Shown here: positions 1 through 9,270 of the stretch, in pieces
How positions within the stretch are numbered: position 1 is the first letter of the stretch
Layout: each line of letters opens with the position of its first letter
Origin: Robiginitomaculum sp.
GTDB lineage: Bacteria; Pseudomonadota; Alphaproteobacteria; Caulobacterales; Maricaulaceae
Reading direction: 5' to 3'
Length of the DNA: 64,000 nt
Assembly (NCBI GenBank): GCA_002733605.1
Contig: NVWK01000012.1
Span: 16,506 to 80,505 of the forward strand
The notes under the pieces: model-generated
What the model was told of the DNA's origin: nothing
The model's input: only the letters and a program-made list of their open reading frames with translations
Databases searched by the model: none
Made by a program: the position numbers and the translations under genes

Positions 1-231
1 AAAATTCTCGGTACCCAATACGAAACACGGTGCGCCGGCGTCCGAATTTTCAAGGATAGCTTTATAGGTGCCAGAAACGGCGACGCCGCCCCCCTCCCCC
101 AAGACAGTTTCTGTAAAAGGCTGGGCCACTTCAAGAAGCGCCTTCTTAACGACATCCAACTGCCCGCCTAGCGCCGCATAAGATTCCGCTACGGTTGTGA
201 CAGCCGATATTTTTTTCGTCAAAATGCTCAT
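1..231 (-). CDS. hypothetical protein, N-terminal fragment (ORF runs off the left window edge)
   Basis: Hand translation of the reverse strand from ATG (231-229) gives MSILTKKISAVTTVAESYAALGGQLDVVKKALLEVAQPFTETVLGEGGG... with no stop down to position 1. It is divergent from motB. No family recognised. Confidence 0.35.
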   Translation of the reverse strand, partial: MSILTKKISAVTTVAESYAALGGQLDVVKKALLEVAQPFTETVLGEGGGVAVSGTYKAILENSDAGAPCFVLGTENF

Positions 232-354
232 ATTTAACTCAACGCCTCGAAATACATAAAATATTAACCATGTTTGTTACACGATCATTCAGCATCTTCC
301 TTAAGATTCACTTTACTAAATAGAGCCTATAAATTTATAGCAGGTTAACAAAAA

Positions 355-1161
355 ATGAATGAGCCAGTCCAACCCATTATTATTCGCAGGAAGAAAATTT
401 ACCAAGTTGCAGGTGGTCATCACGGCGGCGCATGGAAGGTGGCTTATGCCGACTTTGTGACAGCGATGATGGCCTTCTTCTTGATGATGTGGTTGCTTGG
501 CGCCACGACAGAGGATCAACGCAAAGGCATCTCGGACTATTTCAACCCCAACATTCCGCTTGCGGCCGTTTCGGGTGGCGGCTCGGATGCGCTTGGCGGT
601 GACAGCATCTTTGCCGAAGATACAAATGCCCAGAACGGGGTCGGCGCTACAAGCATTAAACCCCACAATAAAGGCACCGCCGAGACACAAAATTCAGAAA
701 ATGAAGAAGCGGGGGAAAAGGAAAGGCTCGAGGCCCTGAATGAATCGCTGGCCGAGGAAAGCCAGGACATTTCCGAGCACATGCAAATCAAGATGACGCC
801 GGAAGGACTGGTTATAGAACTTGTCGACAGCGAAACGGAACCTCTCTTTACTGTTGGCGGCACCGTTCCGTCTCCATTATTAAAGAACCTGATCAACATG
901 GTCGCCGCCGCCTTTCAGGGCGTGCCAAACAACATCAAGATTGTCGGTCATACGGATAGCCGCTCTTATAATGGCGGGGCGGAATATTCTAACTGGGAGC
1001 TTTCGTCGGATCGGGCCAATATGGCGCGCCGCCTGCTTATTGCCAGCAAGTTTCCACATGCGCAGATTGTAGAAGTGTCCGGCAAAGCCGATACCGACCA
1101 TGTGGTTGATGATGGCCTGGCTGCCCAGAATCGCCGCATCTCGATTATAATCTTGAAATAA
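355..1161 (+). CDS. motB: flagellar motor stator protein MotB (OmpA-like C-terminal domain)
   Basis: N-terminal KVAYADFVTAMMAFFLMMWLL TM/plug region typical of MotB. C-terminal OmpA-like peptidoglycan-binding domain (GHTDS...NWELSSDRA...NRRISI). Sits in the flagellar cluster. Confidence 0.85.
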   Translation: MNEPVQPIIIRRKKIYQVAGGHHGGAWKVAYADFVTAMMAFFLMMWLLGATTEDQRKGISDYFNPNIPLAAVSGGGSDALGGDSIFAEDTNAQNGVGATSIKPHNKGTAETQNSENEEAGEKERLEALNESLAEESQDISEHMQIKMTPEGLVIELVDSETEPLFTVGGTVPSPLLKNLINMVAAAFQGVPNNIKIVGHTDSRSYNGGAEYSNWELSSDRANMARRLLIASKFPHAQIVEVSGKADTDHVVDDGLAAQNRRISIIILK

Positions 1162-1210
1162 CCGATTGCAGCTCGCCGTTTGGCGTCACTGTAACACGTT
1201 GGAATCATAC

Positions 1211-1226
1211 TTAAATTTTTATTAAC
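1211..1226 (+). promoter_or_regulatory. candidate CtrA box TTAA-N7-TTAAC upstream of flgE
   Basis: Exact TTAAATTTTTATTAAC (TTAA, 7 nt, TTAAC) lies 56 nt upstream of the flgE ATG in an AT-rich spacer. A short motif in AT-rich DNA can occur by chance. Confidence 0.45.
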
Positions 1227-1281
1227 TAAGATCGGCTAGCGTTGGCGTGTTGTTTTAATAATATTAGTTTAGGATAAACTT

Positions 1282-2589
1282 ATGACAATCTCATCTGCCC
1301 TTAACGCCAGCGTTATGGGGTTGCAAATCAACTCTACGCGTTTGGCTACAATTGCTGACAATATTGCAAACTCTGCTACCATTGGCTATAAACGTAGTGA
1401 TGTAGATTTTTCCTCCATGGTCATCAACCAACGCGCCAGCATCTATTCTGCCGGCGGCGTGCGTGCGACGTCATTTAAAGAAATCTCCAGTGAAGGTGCC
1501 TTGATCGGCACAGGTAATTCCACAGACCTTTCCGTGAATGGTCGGGGCCTTATTCCGGTTACAGACCAATTCGGTAGAGACGAGCCTGCCAATCAACGCG
1601 CTTTAATGCTTGTTCCGACCGGGTCATTTTCGCCGGATCAAAACGGTTTCCTTCGTACATTGAGCGGATTGCAGCTTCTTGGCTGGCCAGCGAATGCCAA
1701 CGGCGTCGTGTCTGCGGTTAGTCGCGACAGTGCGGCAGGGCTTGAGCCTGTGAATGTTGGCGTGAGCCAATTTACGGCCTCCCCTACCAATCTTATCAAT
1801 TTGGGGGTTAATCTCCCTACTGCGGCATCACAGGCAGGCGCTGCGGGTACGCCGTACTCTCTTCCTGTCGAGTATTATGACAATCTGGGTCGTCCTCAGA
1901 CCGTTACCTTCGAGTTTACCCCCAATGTCACCGCCATAGGGCCGCGCGACACATGGGATGTAAATATCTATGATACCGCAGGCGGTACGCCGGGCGTCAT
2001 TATTGGAAACTTATCAATGACATTTAACGATACGTTCCCAAATGGTGGCTCGATTGGAAGTGTGACGGCCGTTCTACCCACAACCTATGACATCGCGTCA
2101 GGTGAGATTACCTTTGATGTCGACAAAGGCCCTATGGCTGTCTTCATCGGGAAACCAAATGACACCTCGGGTGTTACACAACTGGAAGCGCCGTTCTCGC
2201 CCTATAATGTGGATAAAGACGGTGCGCCTATTGGCGATTTGGAGTCTATTGAAATTGACGACAAAGGCTTCTTGGAAGCTATTTACGACTCAGGCTTTCG
2301 TCGGACTCTGTATCAAATTCCGATTGCAGATGTGCCAAACCTCAATGGTCTTGTTGCCCGAAGTAATCAGGCATTTTCGATTTCACAGGCCAGTGGTGAT
2401 GTTTATTTCTGGGATTCAGGTACCGGGCCGGTCGGGTCAATCGCCAGTTATTCCCTCATGGAATCCAATACGGATATTGCGACAGAGCTTACGAATTTGA
2501 TTGAGACCCAGCGGGCCTATTCTTCAAATGCAAAAATCGTACAGACTGTTGACGAAATGTTGCAAGAAACGACAAACCTAAAACGTTAG
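1282..2589 (+). CDS. flgE: flagellar hook protein FlgE
   Basis: N-terminal rod/hook motif (IADNIANSATIGYKR) and C-terminal TELTNLIETQRAYSSNAKIVQTVDEMLQE domain. 435 aa. Followed by flgK and flgL. Confidence 0.9.
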   Translation: MTISSALNASVMGLQINSTRLATIADNIANSATIGYKRSDVDFSSMVINQRASIYSAGGVRATSFKEISSEGALIGTGNSTDLSVNGRGLIPVTDQFGRDEPANQRALMLVPTGSFSPDQNGFLRTLSGLQLLGWPANANGVVSAVSRDSAAGLEPVNVGVSQFTASPTNLINLGVNLPTAASQAGAAGTPYSLPVEYYDNLGRPQTVTFEFTPNVTAIGPRDTWDVNIYDTAGGTPGVIIGNLSMTFNDTFPNGGSIGSVTAVLPTTYDIASGEITFDVDKGPMAVFIGKPNDTSGVTQLEAPFSPYNVDKDGAPIGDLESIEIDDKGFLEAIYDSGFRRTLYQIPIADVPNLNGLVARSNQAFSISQASGDVYFWDSGTGPVGSIASYSLMESNTDIATELTNLIETQRAYSSNAKIVQTVDEMLQETTNLKR

Positions 2590-2599
2590 GTAGTTTAAA

Positions 2600-4072
2600 A
2601 TGACGCTTAATTCGGCACTTGCTTCAGCTTCTTCCGGCCTCGCGGCGACATCGCGGCGAGCCGATCTGACGGCGAGCAATATTGCTAATGCCTCGACGCC
2701 GGGATATGTACGCCGCGAGCTTGTCACCGAAGAACGCGTTGTTGGCGGACGCGGTCAGGGCGTCACCGTTGTTGGGGTCAACCGGGCTCAGGATATGGCC
2801 CTGTCACGGGATCGCCGGGACGCCAGTGGCTCGGCCGCACGTGCCGACATCATTTCCCAGGCCTACACGCAGCTCAACCGTGAAATGGGCGAGCCGGGCG
2901 ACACGTACGGCCTGTTTGCGTCTTATCAGAATGTAGAAACGTCCCTCCGTGATTTGGCGGTCACCCCGGAATCTCTTGCGTATCAAAATGACGCTTATAA
3001 TAGCTTGAACGGGCTGACGACCCAGTTTAGCGAATTGTATTCTATCGGCATCAAACAACGTGTTAACGCCGATAATGCTATTGCTCGCGATGTGCAGGTC
3101 GTCAACCAGAGCCTGCACCGTATTAGTCAGTTAAACGAGGAAATATCAAAAGCAGGTAAGACTATCGGCGGCGCGGCCAGTCTTGAAGATGAACGCCAGC
3201 GTCTGCTTGATAAAATCTCGCAAATCATTCCCATTAAAGATTTGGTCAAAGAGAATGGCCAGATCGAAATTACAACACAAGAAGGTCTATTTCTGATTGC
3301 GGGCGTAACTGTACGGGAATTGGAATTTACACCTGCCGGTGTCATCCCGCCCGGTGCGACATATGCGCCACCAGTCCCGGGGCTTCTCTCCGGCATAACG
3401 GTTGGGTCGGAAAACCTCACACCGGGAAATGGCTCTTTTGGCATTCAGGGCGGTTCACTGGCCGGATATTTTGCTGTGCGTGACCAGACGGCGCCTAATT
3501 TCCTCAACCAGTTGGATAGTCTGGCTGCCGATCTGGTTAACCGGTTTACCGGCGCAACTGTTGACCCGACCAACGGGGTGGGTGCGGCAGGTATTATAAC
3601 CGATAATGGCGGCCCCGTTGTCCCTCTGGCTATAACAGGGATTGCAAGCCGGTTACGGCTTAATGCGGCGATAGACCCCAATCAGGGCGGCACAACGTCG
3701 CGCCTAAGAGACGGCATTGGCTCGGTCGTTGCCGGGCCTGTCAGCAATGCGGATATCTTGAACAGTTTGCTTGATGCATTTACCAATACAAACACAGCCC
3801 CTACAGGATCAGGAATTGTCGGAGATTTCACATCAACAGAGCTGGCAGCGGGCTTAACCTCGTTAATAGGTGAGGCGCGGATCAATGCCGATGCTCTTGC
3901 CGCCTCGTCTCTTAGTCGCGCCACGACCCTGGCAGATATTGAGTTGTCCCAAACCGGGGTGGATACGGATGCAGAGATGCAAAACCTTTTAGTCATCGAG
4001 CAATCTTATGCAGCCAATGCCCGCGTCATTCAAACGATCAGTGAGATGATTGACATATTGATGCAGATTTAG
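2600..4072 (+). CDS. flgK: flagellar hook-associated protein 1 FlgK
   Basis: N-terminal SNIANASTPGYVRRE and C-terminal NLLVIEQSYAANARVIQTISEMIDILMQI, typical of FlgK. Positioned between flgE and flgL. Confidence 0.88.
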   Translation: MTLNSALASASSGLAATSRRADLTASNIANASTPGYVRRELVTEERVVGGRGQGVTVVGVNRAQDMALSRDRRDASGSAARADIISQAYTQLNREMGEPGDTYGLFASYQNVETSLRDLAVTPESLAYQNDAYNSLNGLTTQFSELYSIGIKQRVNADNAIARDVQVVNQSLHRISQLNEEISKAGKTIGGAASLEDERQRLLDKISQIIPIKDLVKENGQIEITTQEGLFLIAGVTVRELEFTPAGVIPPGATYAPPVPGLLSGITVGSENLTPGNGSFGIQGGSLAGYFAVRDQTAPNFLNQLDSLAADLVNRFTGATVDPTNGVGAAGIITDNGGPVVPLAITGIASRLRLNAAIDPNQGGTTSRLRDGIGSVVAGPVSNADILNSLLDAFTNTNTAPTGSGIVGDFTSTELAAGLTSLIGEARINADALAASSLSRATTLADIELSQTGVDTDAEMQNLLVIEQSYAANARVIQTISEMIDILMQI

Positions 4073-4080
4073 GGGGTCTT

Positions 4081-5091
4081 ATGGTAATTTCCGCGCTTCC
4101 AGATTTGCTCGCCTTCCAAAGACAGGTTCGCCTGACAGGTGATTTGAAAGCCCAACTGGCCCGCGCCTCACACGAGGCCGTGACCGGAAGATATGACGAC
4201 ATTACGGCGGCTGTAAATGGCGCGGTTGGCGAAACTCTGCTTTTGCAAAAGGCTTTGGATGATATTGATCAGGATACTCGTATTAATGCCCTCTCAAGCG
4301 CACGATTGAGCCTTATAAGCACTTCGGTTCATTCTGTACGCGATGCGGTAGACGGGCTTGCGGCCCAAGGCCTCGTTGCCCTGACCACCGGAGACAGTTT
4401 CAGCCTTGATACGGTCGCCGTGCAAGCAGAAGCGAATTTGCGGAGTGCGATGGCTGTATTGAATACATCTCACGGGAACCGCAGACTTTTTGCCGGAGAC
4501 GCAACAGATAAGCTTCCGCTTGCGACAACCGATATTCTTTTGGCAGATCTCGGCGCCATTCTGACAGGGTCCCCAACCCCGGCAGCCGTAGCAATTGCGC
4601 TTGATACCTATTTCAATGATCCTGCGGGCGGGTTTGCGACCAATATCTATCAGGGCGGAAGTGCCGATGCGGCGCCTGCATATCTGGCTGATGGCTCAAG
4701 AATACAATTCGGGGTGCGCGCAGACAATCAGGCAATACGCGATACTTTACGAGGGCTCTCCATCATGGCGCTTGCAGGCCAGAGCGGGCATTCCATTACC
4801 AGCAGTTCTTTCAAGGATATTTTCAAACAGGGGACTAATCTTGTTGAAACAGGAAATAATGCCCTGATCAAACTGGAAGCAAGTATTGGCGTGTTTCAGG
4901 GGCTTGTCGAGGATTCGACCGCCCGGCAAAGTGAAGAGCGGCTCACAATCAACATTGCCCTCAACTCCATGATTGAGCGCGATCAATATGACGCGGCAGC
5001 AGAGTTGAAGCGCCTCGAGACCCAAGTGGAATCTTCTTATCTCATTACTGCGCGCCTTGCCAGTTTACATTTATCCAATTTTCTTCGGTGA
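4081..5091 (+). CDS. flgL: flagellar hook-associated protein 3 FlgL (flagellin-fold)
   Basis: 336 aa, directly after flgK. Helical N- and C-termini (C-terminal ...LKRLETQVESSYLITARLASLHLSNFLR) resemble flagellin/FlgL termini. Confidence 0.75.
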   Translation: MVISALPDLLAFQRQVRLTGDLKAQLARASHEAVTGRYDDITAAVNGAVGETLLLQKALDDIDQDTRINALSSARLSLISTSVHSVRDAVDGLAAQGLVALTTGDSFSLDTVAVQAEANLRSAMAVLNTSHGNRRLFAGDATDKLPLATTDILLADLGAILTGSPTPAAVAIALDTYFNDPAGGFATNIYQGGSADAAPAYLADGSRIQFGVRADNQAIRDTLRGLSIMALAGQSGHSITSSSFKDIFKQGTNLVETGNNALIKLEASIGVFQGLVEDSTARQSEERLTINIALNSMIERDQYDAAAELKRLETQVESSYLITARLASLHLSNFLR

Positions 5092-5094
5092 TTC

Positions 5095-6204
5095 ATGAAA
5101 TTATTTTTATCAATATTTATCTCCAGTTTGCTTCTCTGGGCCTGTGCGTTTTCTACGGCACATGCGCAAGTAAAAGTGAAAGACCTTGTCGACGTTGAAG
5201 GTGTGCGCGGGAATGATCTGGTGGGCTATGGTCTGGTTATCGGGCTTAACGGTAGCGGCGATACGATTCGTAACTCCCCCTATACCGAAGAAGCCCTGTC
5301 CAATTTACTGGAGCGCCTGGGTGTGAATATTCAAGGCAGTGATTTTCGGCCCAATAATGTGGCCGCCGTCATTATTACCGCCACCCTGCCTGCCTTTGCC
5401 CGTGTCGGGTCTCGCATCGATATAAATGTGTCCTCTATTGGCGACGCTAAAAACCTTGCCGGAGGCACATTGGTCATGACACCTCTCAACGCGGCCGACG
5501 GCAATGTCTACGCGGTGGCGCAGGGCAGTGTCCTGATTAGCGGCTTTCTGGCTGAAGGTGATGGTGCCAGTGTGACCGAAGGTGTGCCTACGTCGGGAAC
5601 AATTCCGGGCGGAGCACTGATCGAGAAAGAAATCGGGTTTAGCTTCGCGTCCATGTCGTCTATTCGTCTGGCGCTACGTGCCCCTGACTTTACGACGGCA
5701 AGCCGGGTTGAAAGCGTAATCAATGATCAATACGGAAAGCCTTTGGCAACCATGCTTGACGCGGGAACGGTCGAGTTGAATTTAACCGGCGAGACACGCT
5801 CACCGGCCGCCCTGCTGGCCATGATCGAAAACTACACGCTGATGCCGGCCCAAAAAGCAAGAGTGGTTATCGACCAACGATCCGGCACGATTGTGCTGAG
5901 CACAAATGTAAAGGTCTCTGCGGTCGCGATTGCCCAAGGCAATCTTTCCATTACGATTGCCGAAGCCCCGGAAGTTTCTCAACCCAACCCGTTCGCACCG
6001 GGTGAAACCATGGTCGTTCCCCGCACCTCAATCCAGATTAATGATGGTGCCCCCGGCAATATCGGGATGATCGAAAGCAATGTAACATTAGCCGATCTGG
6101 TTGCAGGACTGAACTCTCTTGGTGTAAGTCCACGCGAAATGATGGACATTCTTAAAACCATGAAAACCGCAGGCGCCCTACATGCAGAGCTGATTTTACA
6201 GTAA
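5095..6204 (+). CDS. flgI: flagellar P-ring protein FlgI
   Basis: Signal peptide followed by VKDLVDVEGVRGNDLVGYGLVIGLNGSGD, the FlgI signature. C-terminal LKTMKTAGALHAELILQ. Confidence 0.93.
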   Translation: MKLFLSIFISSLLLWACAFSTAHAQVKVKDLVDVEGVRGNDLVGYGLVIGLNGSGDTIRNSPYTEEALSNLLERLGVNIQGSDFRPNNVAAVIITATLPAFARVGSRIDINVSSIGDAKNLAGGTLVMTPLNAADGNVYAVAQGSVLISGFLAEGDGASVTEGVPTSGTIPGGALIEKEIGFSFASMSSIRLALRAPDFTTASRVESVINDQYGKPLATMLDAGTVELNLTGETRSPAALLAMIENYTLMPAQKARVVIDQRSGTIVLSTNVKVSAVAIAQGNLSITIAEAPEVSQPNPFAPGETMVVPRTSIQINDGAPGNIGMIESNVTLADLVAGLNSLGVSPREMMDILKTMKTAGALHAELILQ

Positions 6205-6312
6205 TCGGTAAAATCGGTTTCTGACAAACACCCGCGCCAGTTTCACGCTTTATCCGCATGAATAACGGATTCGCTCTCTCCAAGAGCATTTTTGTGGATA
6301 GGAAGCGCTAGC

Positions 6313-7455
6313 TTATTCGCCCTCAGCGTCCTCGGCGTCCATAACAGGTAGATCAAGATCCATCTCGAAAGCCGCCATGCCCGTGTCGGAATCATCGCTA
6401 ACTTCGATATAGGCAATCGTTCCCGCTCTTTCGAGACCGGATATAAAAGCCATGAGAGCGATAATAGCCGATTCGCCTTCTTTTTCCGTCATTGAAGGTA
6501 ATGAAGCCATGTCCTCTTTGTACTGCTCGGCCATTCTCTGGGAAATATTGCCAAACAGGAAGCCGGTTGTCATAGGTTCCGAGCCCTCGCCAGCTTTCAG
6601 AGCCTGCAAGAGGGTTTTGTTGTCCATATCGCGGAAAATCATTGGTATAGCTGTCTTCGGCAAACGCACTGGCAAATCTTCGAAGGTCAGGAGACCTCTA
6701 CGTATGCGCTCGGCTTGTTCAGGATTGCTTTCTTCGATTATATCCATCAAACGGTCACGTCTATTGCGCGGAAGCACACCCATAACATCCGACATAAAGG
6801 ACGCAGCTTCGGCATTTTCATCGACGCTGCCTTCAGCCATAAATTCGATTTCGACAACTTCCGCAATGGCCGCTTTCGTAATGTCATCCGCATTACTGCC
6901 TTCTGCCATCATGTGTCCTGCCGCTTCTGCGGCTTCGTCTGACATTTCGCCCAAGATTTCTCCGGCTTTAATGGGGCTAAGATTTGAAAGGATAATATTG
7001 GTCACTTCGGGACGTTTCGTGTTGAGATAGTCTGCAATTACGTCCGGTTTTTCTTCGGCGAGCTTCACCCAGACCGCGTCTGTACTATTGCCTTCAGCAG
7101 ACAGTATCGGGGCGCTAAACAACCGGTTTGCCCGTTCTGAATCCAAAAGCTCTGTTGCAATCTGGCGCGCTTGCTCCTCCCCGCCCCGGAAACTGCCATT
7201 GCGCGCATTCATATTGGTGATAAAATCGGCTACAGTGGCCAACAGGACAGGGCGCGGGACCAGCTGAAGGGTTTGCATGGCCTGCACAAAAGAACGCATA
7301 TGTCGCTCTTCTATGGACTCGATAAGCGGTTTGGCGTTTTCCGCTCCCAAAAGGGCAATAATAATCGCCGCTTTTTGCATACGCGAAAGATTGCCGGCGT
7401 CTTGCTGGGCTTTCAGAACTGCGGCATCATTGCCTGGATTTGCGTGGTCAATCAT
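6313..7455 (-). CDS. fliG: flagellar motor switch protein FliG (with acidic C-terminal tail)
   Basis: The C-terminal domain matches FliG torque-helix region patterns (LLTFEDLPVRLPKTAIPMIFRDMDNKTLLQALKAG; ISQRMAEQYKEDMASLPSMT). N-terminal MQKAAIIIALLG. I place the start at ATG 7455, which overlaps the fliP stop as ATGA, rather than at the longer track ORF start (7497). Confidence 0.8.
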   Translation of the reverse strand: MIDHANPGNDAAVLKAQQDAGNLSRMQKAAIIIALLGAENAKPLIESIEERHMRSFVQAMQTLQLVPRPVLLATVADFITNMNARNGSFRGGEEQARQIATELLDSERANRLFSAPILSAEGNSTDAVWVKLAEEKPDVIADYLNTKRPEVTNIILSNLSPIKAGEILGEMSDEAAEAAGHMMAEGSNADDITKAAIAEVVEIEFMAEGSVDENAEAASFMSDVMGVLPRNRRDRLMDIIEESNPEQAERIRRGLLTFEDLPVRLPKTAIPMIFRDMDNKTLLQALKAGEGSEPMTTGFLFGNISQRMAEQYKEDMASLPSMTEKEGESAIIALMAFISGLERAGTIAYIEVSDDSDTGMAAFEMDLDLPVMDAEDAEGE

Positions 7456-8234
7456 CAACCATACCCCGCGATTAAAGCCTCGGTTATTTTCAGCCAACCA
7501 TCCGCAACGACGAAAAAGGCCAATTTAAACGGCAAGGATACGACCGCAGGCGGCACCATCATCATACCCATAGCCATCAATATAGACGCCACGATCAAAT
7601 CGATGATCAGAAAGGGCAGGAAAATAACAAAGCCGATTTGAAACCCGCGTTTAATCTCTGATAACATGAAGGCCGTGACCAGAAGACTGAAAGGTGTTTC
7701 TTCTTGTAGATTATAATTCCGGGACGGCATTGTATCGGCCAAACGCTGTACGGCATCGTCTGTAATGCGCTTTTCCATAAAACCCCGAAACGGGGTCAAT
7801 GTACGCTCGGTCGCTTGTAGCTCGGTAATTTCACCGTCCATATACGGGCTTAGCCCCTCGTCCCAGGCTTGGGAAAACACCGGCTGCATAATGAAAAACG
7901 TCAAAAACATAGCCAATCCCATAATCATCATGTTGGGCGGGGAGGATTGCAAACCAATCGCTTGACGCAGAAAAGAGAATACGATGACAATAAACGGCAA
8001 GCACGTAATCATCATAGCAATGCCCGGTGCCAGGCTGAGAACCGTTACAATCAGGAAAAGCTGGATAATACGTGCGTTTAGACCTATGCCCTCAAGCGCA
8101 GGAACGCCATCCAAAAGGCTGGGTGCATTATTTGCAGGGTCAGGCACTTGCCCAAAGGCTGTACCCGCTAAAAACAAAGCTGCCGTCAGCCAGACGACAG
8201 CAAAAATCCAAAGATGTGCTTTGGTTAGCTTCAT
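7455..8234 (-). CDS. fliP: flagellar export apparatus protein FliP
   Basis: Signal sequence plus the conserved FLRQAIGLQSSPPNMMIMGLAMFLTFFIMQP and GFQIGFVIFLPFLIIDLIVASILMAMGMMM blocks. Confidence 0.93.
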   Translation of the reverse strand: MKLTKAHLWIFAVVWLTAALFLAGTAFGQVPDPANNAPSLLDGVPALEGIGLNARIIQLFLIVTVLSLAPGIAMMITCLPFIVIVFSFLRQAIGLQSSPPNMMIMGLAMFLTFFIMQPVFSQAWDEGLSPYMDGEITELQATERTLTPFRGFMEKRITDDAVQRLADTMPSRNYNLQEETPFSLLVTAFMLSEIKRGFQIGFVIFLPFLIIDLIVASILMAMGMMMVPPAVVSLPFKLAFFVVADGWLKITEALIAGYG

Positions 8235-8581
8235 TGCAACATGTCTTCGGTCACATCAACAATTTCGGTTAACTGCACCCCTATTTCTCCGGTTGCAGGA
8301 TCGGTTTCAATAAGCTCTCCACGGGCAATCACACGATTATTGATGACGAGGTCGACAGGGTCTTCCAGTTTGCAATCCAGTGTGATCAAAGAATCACGTT
8401 TCATTTGCAACAATTCACCAATCGTCGGATTGGCCGTACCTATCACGACCTGAACATTAACGGACAACGCGTAGATAGAGCGTTTATATTGGTTTGCACC
8501 ATCCATATCACGACGTTCCTGCACAGCTGCCTGTGCCTTTTTTGGTGTCGCAACCGGTTTGTCTTTCGCTGGTTTAGCCAT
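8231..8581 (-). CDS. fliN: flagellar motor switch protein FliN (SpoA domain)
   Basis: 116 aa with a C-terminal SpoA-like block (VNVQVVIGTANPTIGELLQMKRDSLITLDCKLEDPVDLVINNRVIARGELI). Its stop overlaps the fliP start as ATGA. Confidence 0.85.
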   Translation of the reverse strand: MAKPAKDKPVATPKKAQAAVQERRDMDGANQYKRSIYALSVNVQVVIGTANPTIGELLQMKRDSLITLDCKLEDPVDLVINNRVIARGELIETDPATGEIGVQLTEIVDVTEDMLQ

Positions 8582-8634
8582 CCTGGCCTCCTTACTCTTC
8601 CTAAATCGCGCTTCAATCCCGCGTTAATCGCAGT

Positions 8635-9249
8635 TCACTCACTTTGGGCTGCCGTTAACAATGCCAAGCAGTTTTGAACGGCCGCATCAATATCAATAGA
8701 CCCGCCACCACTACACCATTTTGCATCCACTGCCGTACCTGCCATGTTTTCATCAACTTCGATGATGAATTCCGGCGCATCATGAGCTGAAGCTTCGAAG
8801 CTTTGGGCAACTTCATTGACGGTGGCTTCATAAGCAGGGCTTACACGTAATGTGATTTGGCCCTGCAAGGCCTGTCCGGCTATTTGCCCTAAGAACCGGC
8901 TAATTTCCATCCCTACGGCCTCTTGCGCCAAATGCGGCAGAACGGCTCTCAGAACACTGGAAACGGCCCGATTATGACTGGCTTCTATTTGCGCTCCAAG
9001 CTCTAATAGCTTTTGTTGAAGACCTTGTGCAAACAGCGCGCCCTCATTCGTCGCCAACACACGCCCGGCTTCTACGCCTTGTTCATATATTTTTTGCGCC
9101 TCGATATCTTTGGCTGAAAGCGGCATATCATTCGCATTTGAAAAGCTTTGATGAAATACGTCCAAATTACTTAATGTCGCCCCGCTCGTGTCCAGGCTGC
9201 CAAAGGGCATTAATCTATCATTGATTTTTGTAAGAGGCGTTGCATTCAT
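8635..9249 (-). CDS. fliH: probable flagellar assembly protein FliH
   Basis: Located between fliF and fliN. 204 aa with a helical middle and a C-terminal pattern (IIEVDENMAGTAVDAKWCSGGGSIDIDAAVQN) resembling the FliH/YscL C-terminus. Similarity was judged by eye only. Confidence 0.55.
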   Translation of the reverse strand: MNATPLTKINDRLMPFGSLDTSGATLSNLDVFHQSFSNANDMPLSAKDIEAQKIYEQGVEAGRVLATNEGALFAQGLQQKLLELGAQIEASHNRAVSSVLRAVLPHLAQEAVGMEISRFLGQIAGQALQGQITLRVSPAYEATVNEVAQSFEASAHDAPEFIIEVDENMAGTAVDAKWCSGGGSIDIDAAVQNCLALLTAAQSE

Positions 9250-9270
9250 TTTCTAATTCCCCTTCCTGTC

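Noticed and set aside
316-1208. Several 70-125 aa ORFs overlapping motB on the opposite strand or in other frames (316-690, 537-899, 880-1101, 966-1208).
   Set aside because: They lie entirely within a gene with clear MotB features. They have no start context or recognisable motifs. These are typical shadow ORFs in moderately GC-rich DNA. The same reasoning applies to the many antisense or alternate-frame ORFs inside flgK, fliF, thiC, purA, serA, ftsH, tilS, tolB, ruvB, pgk and the M16 protease.
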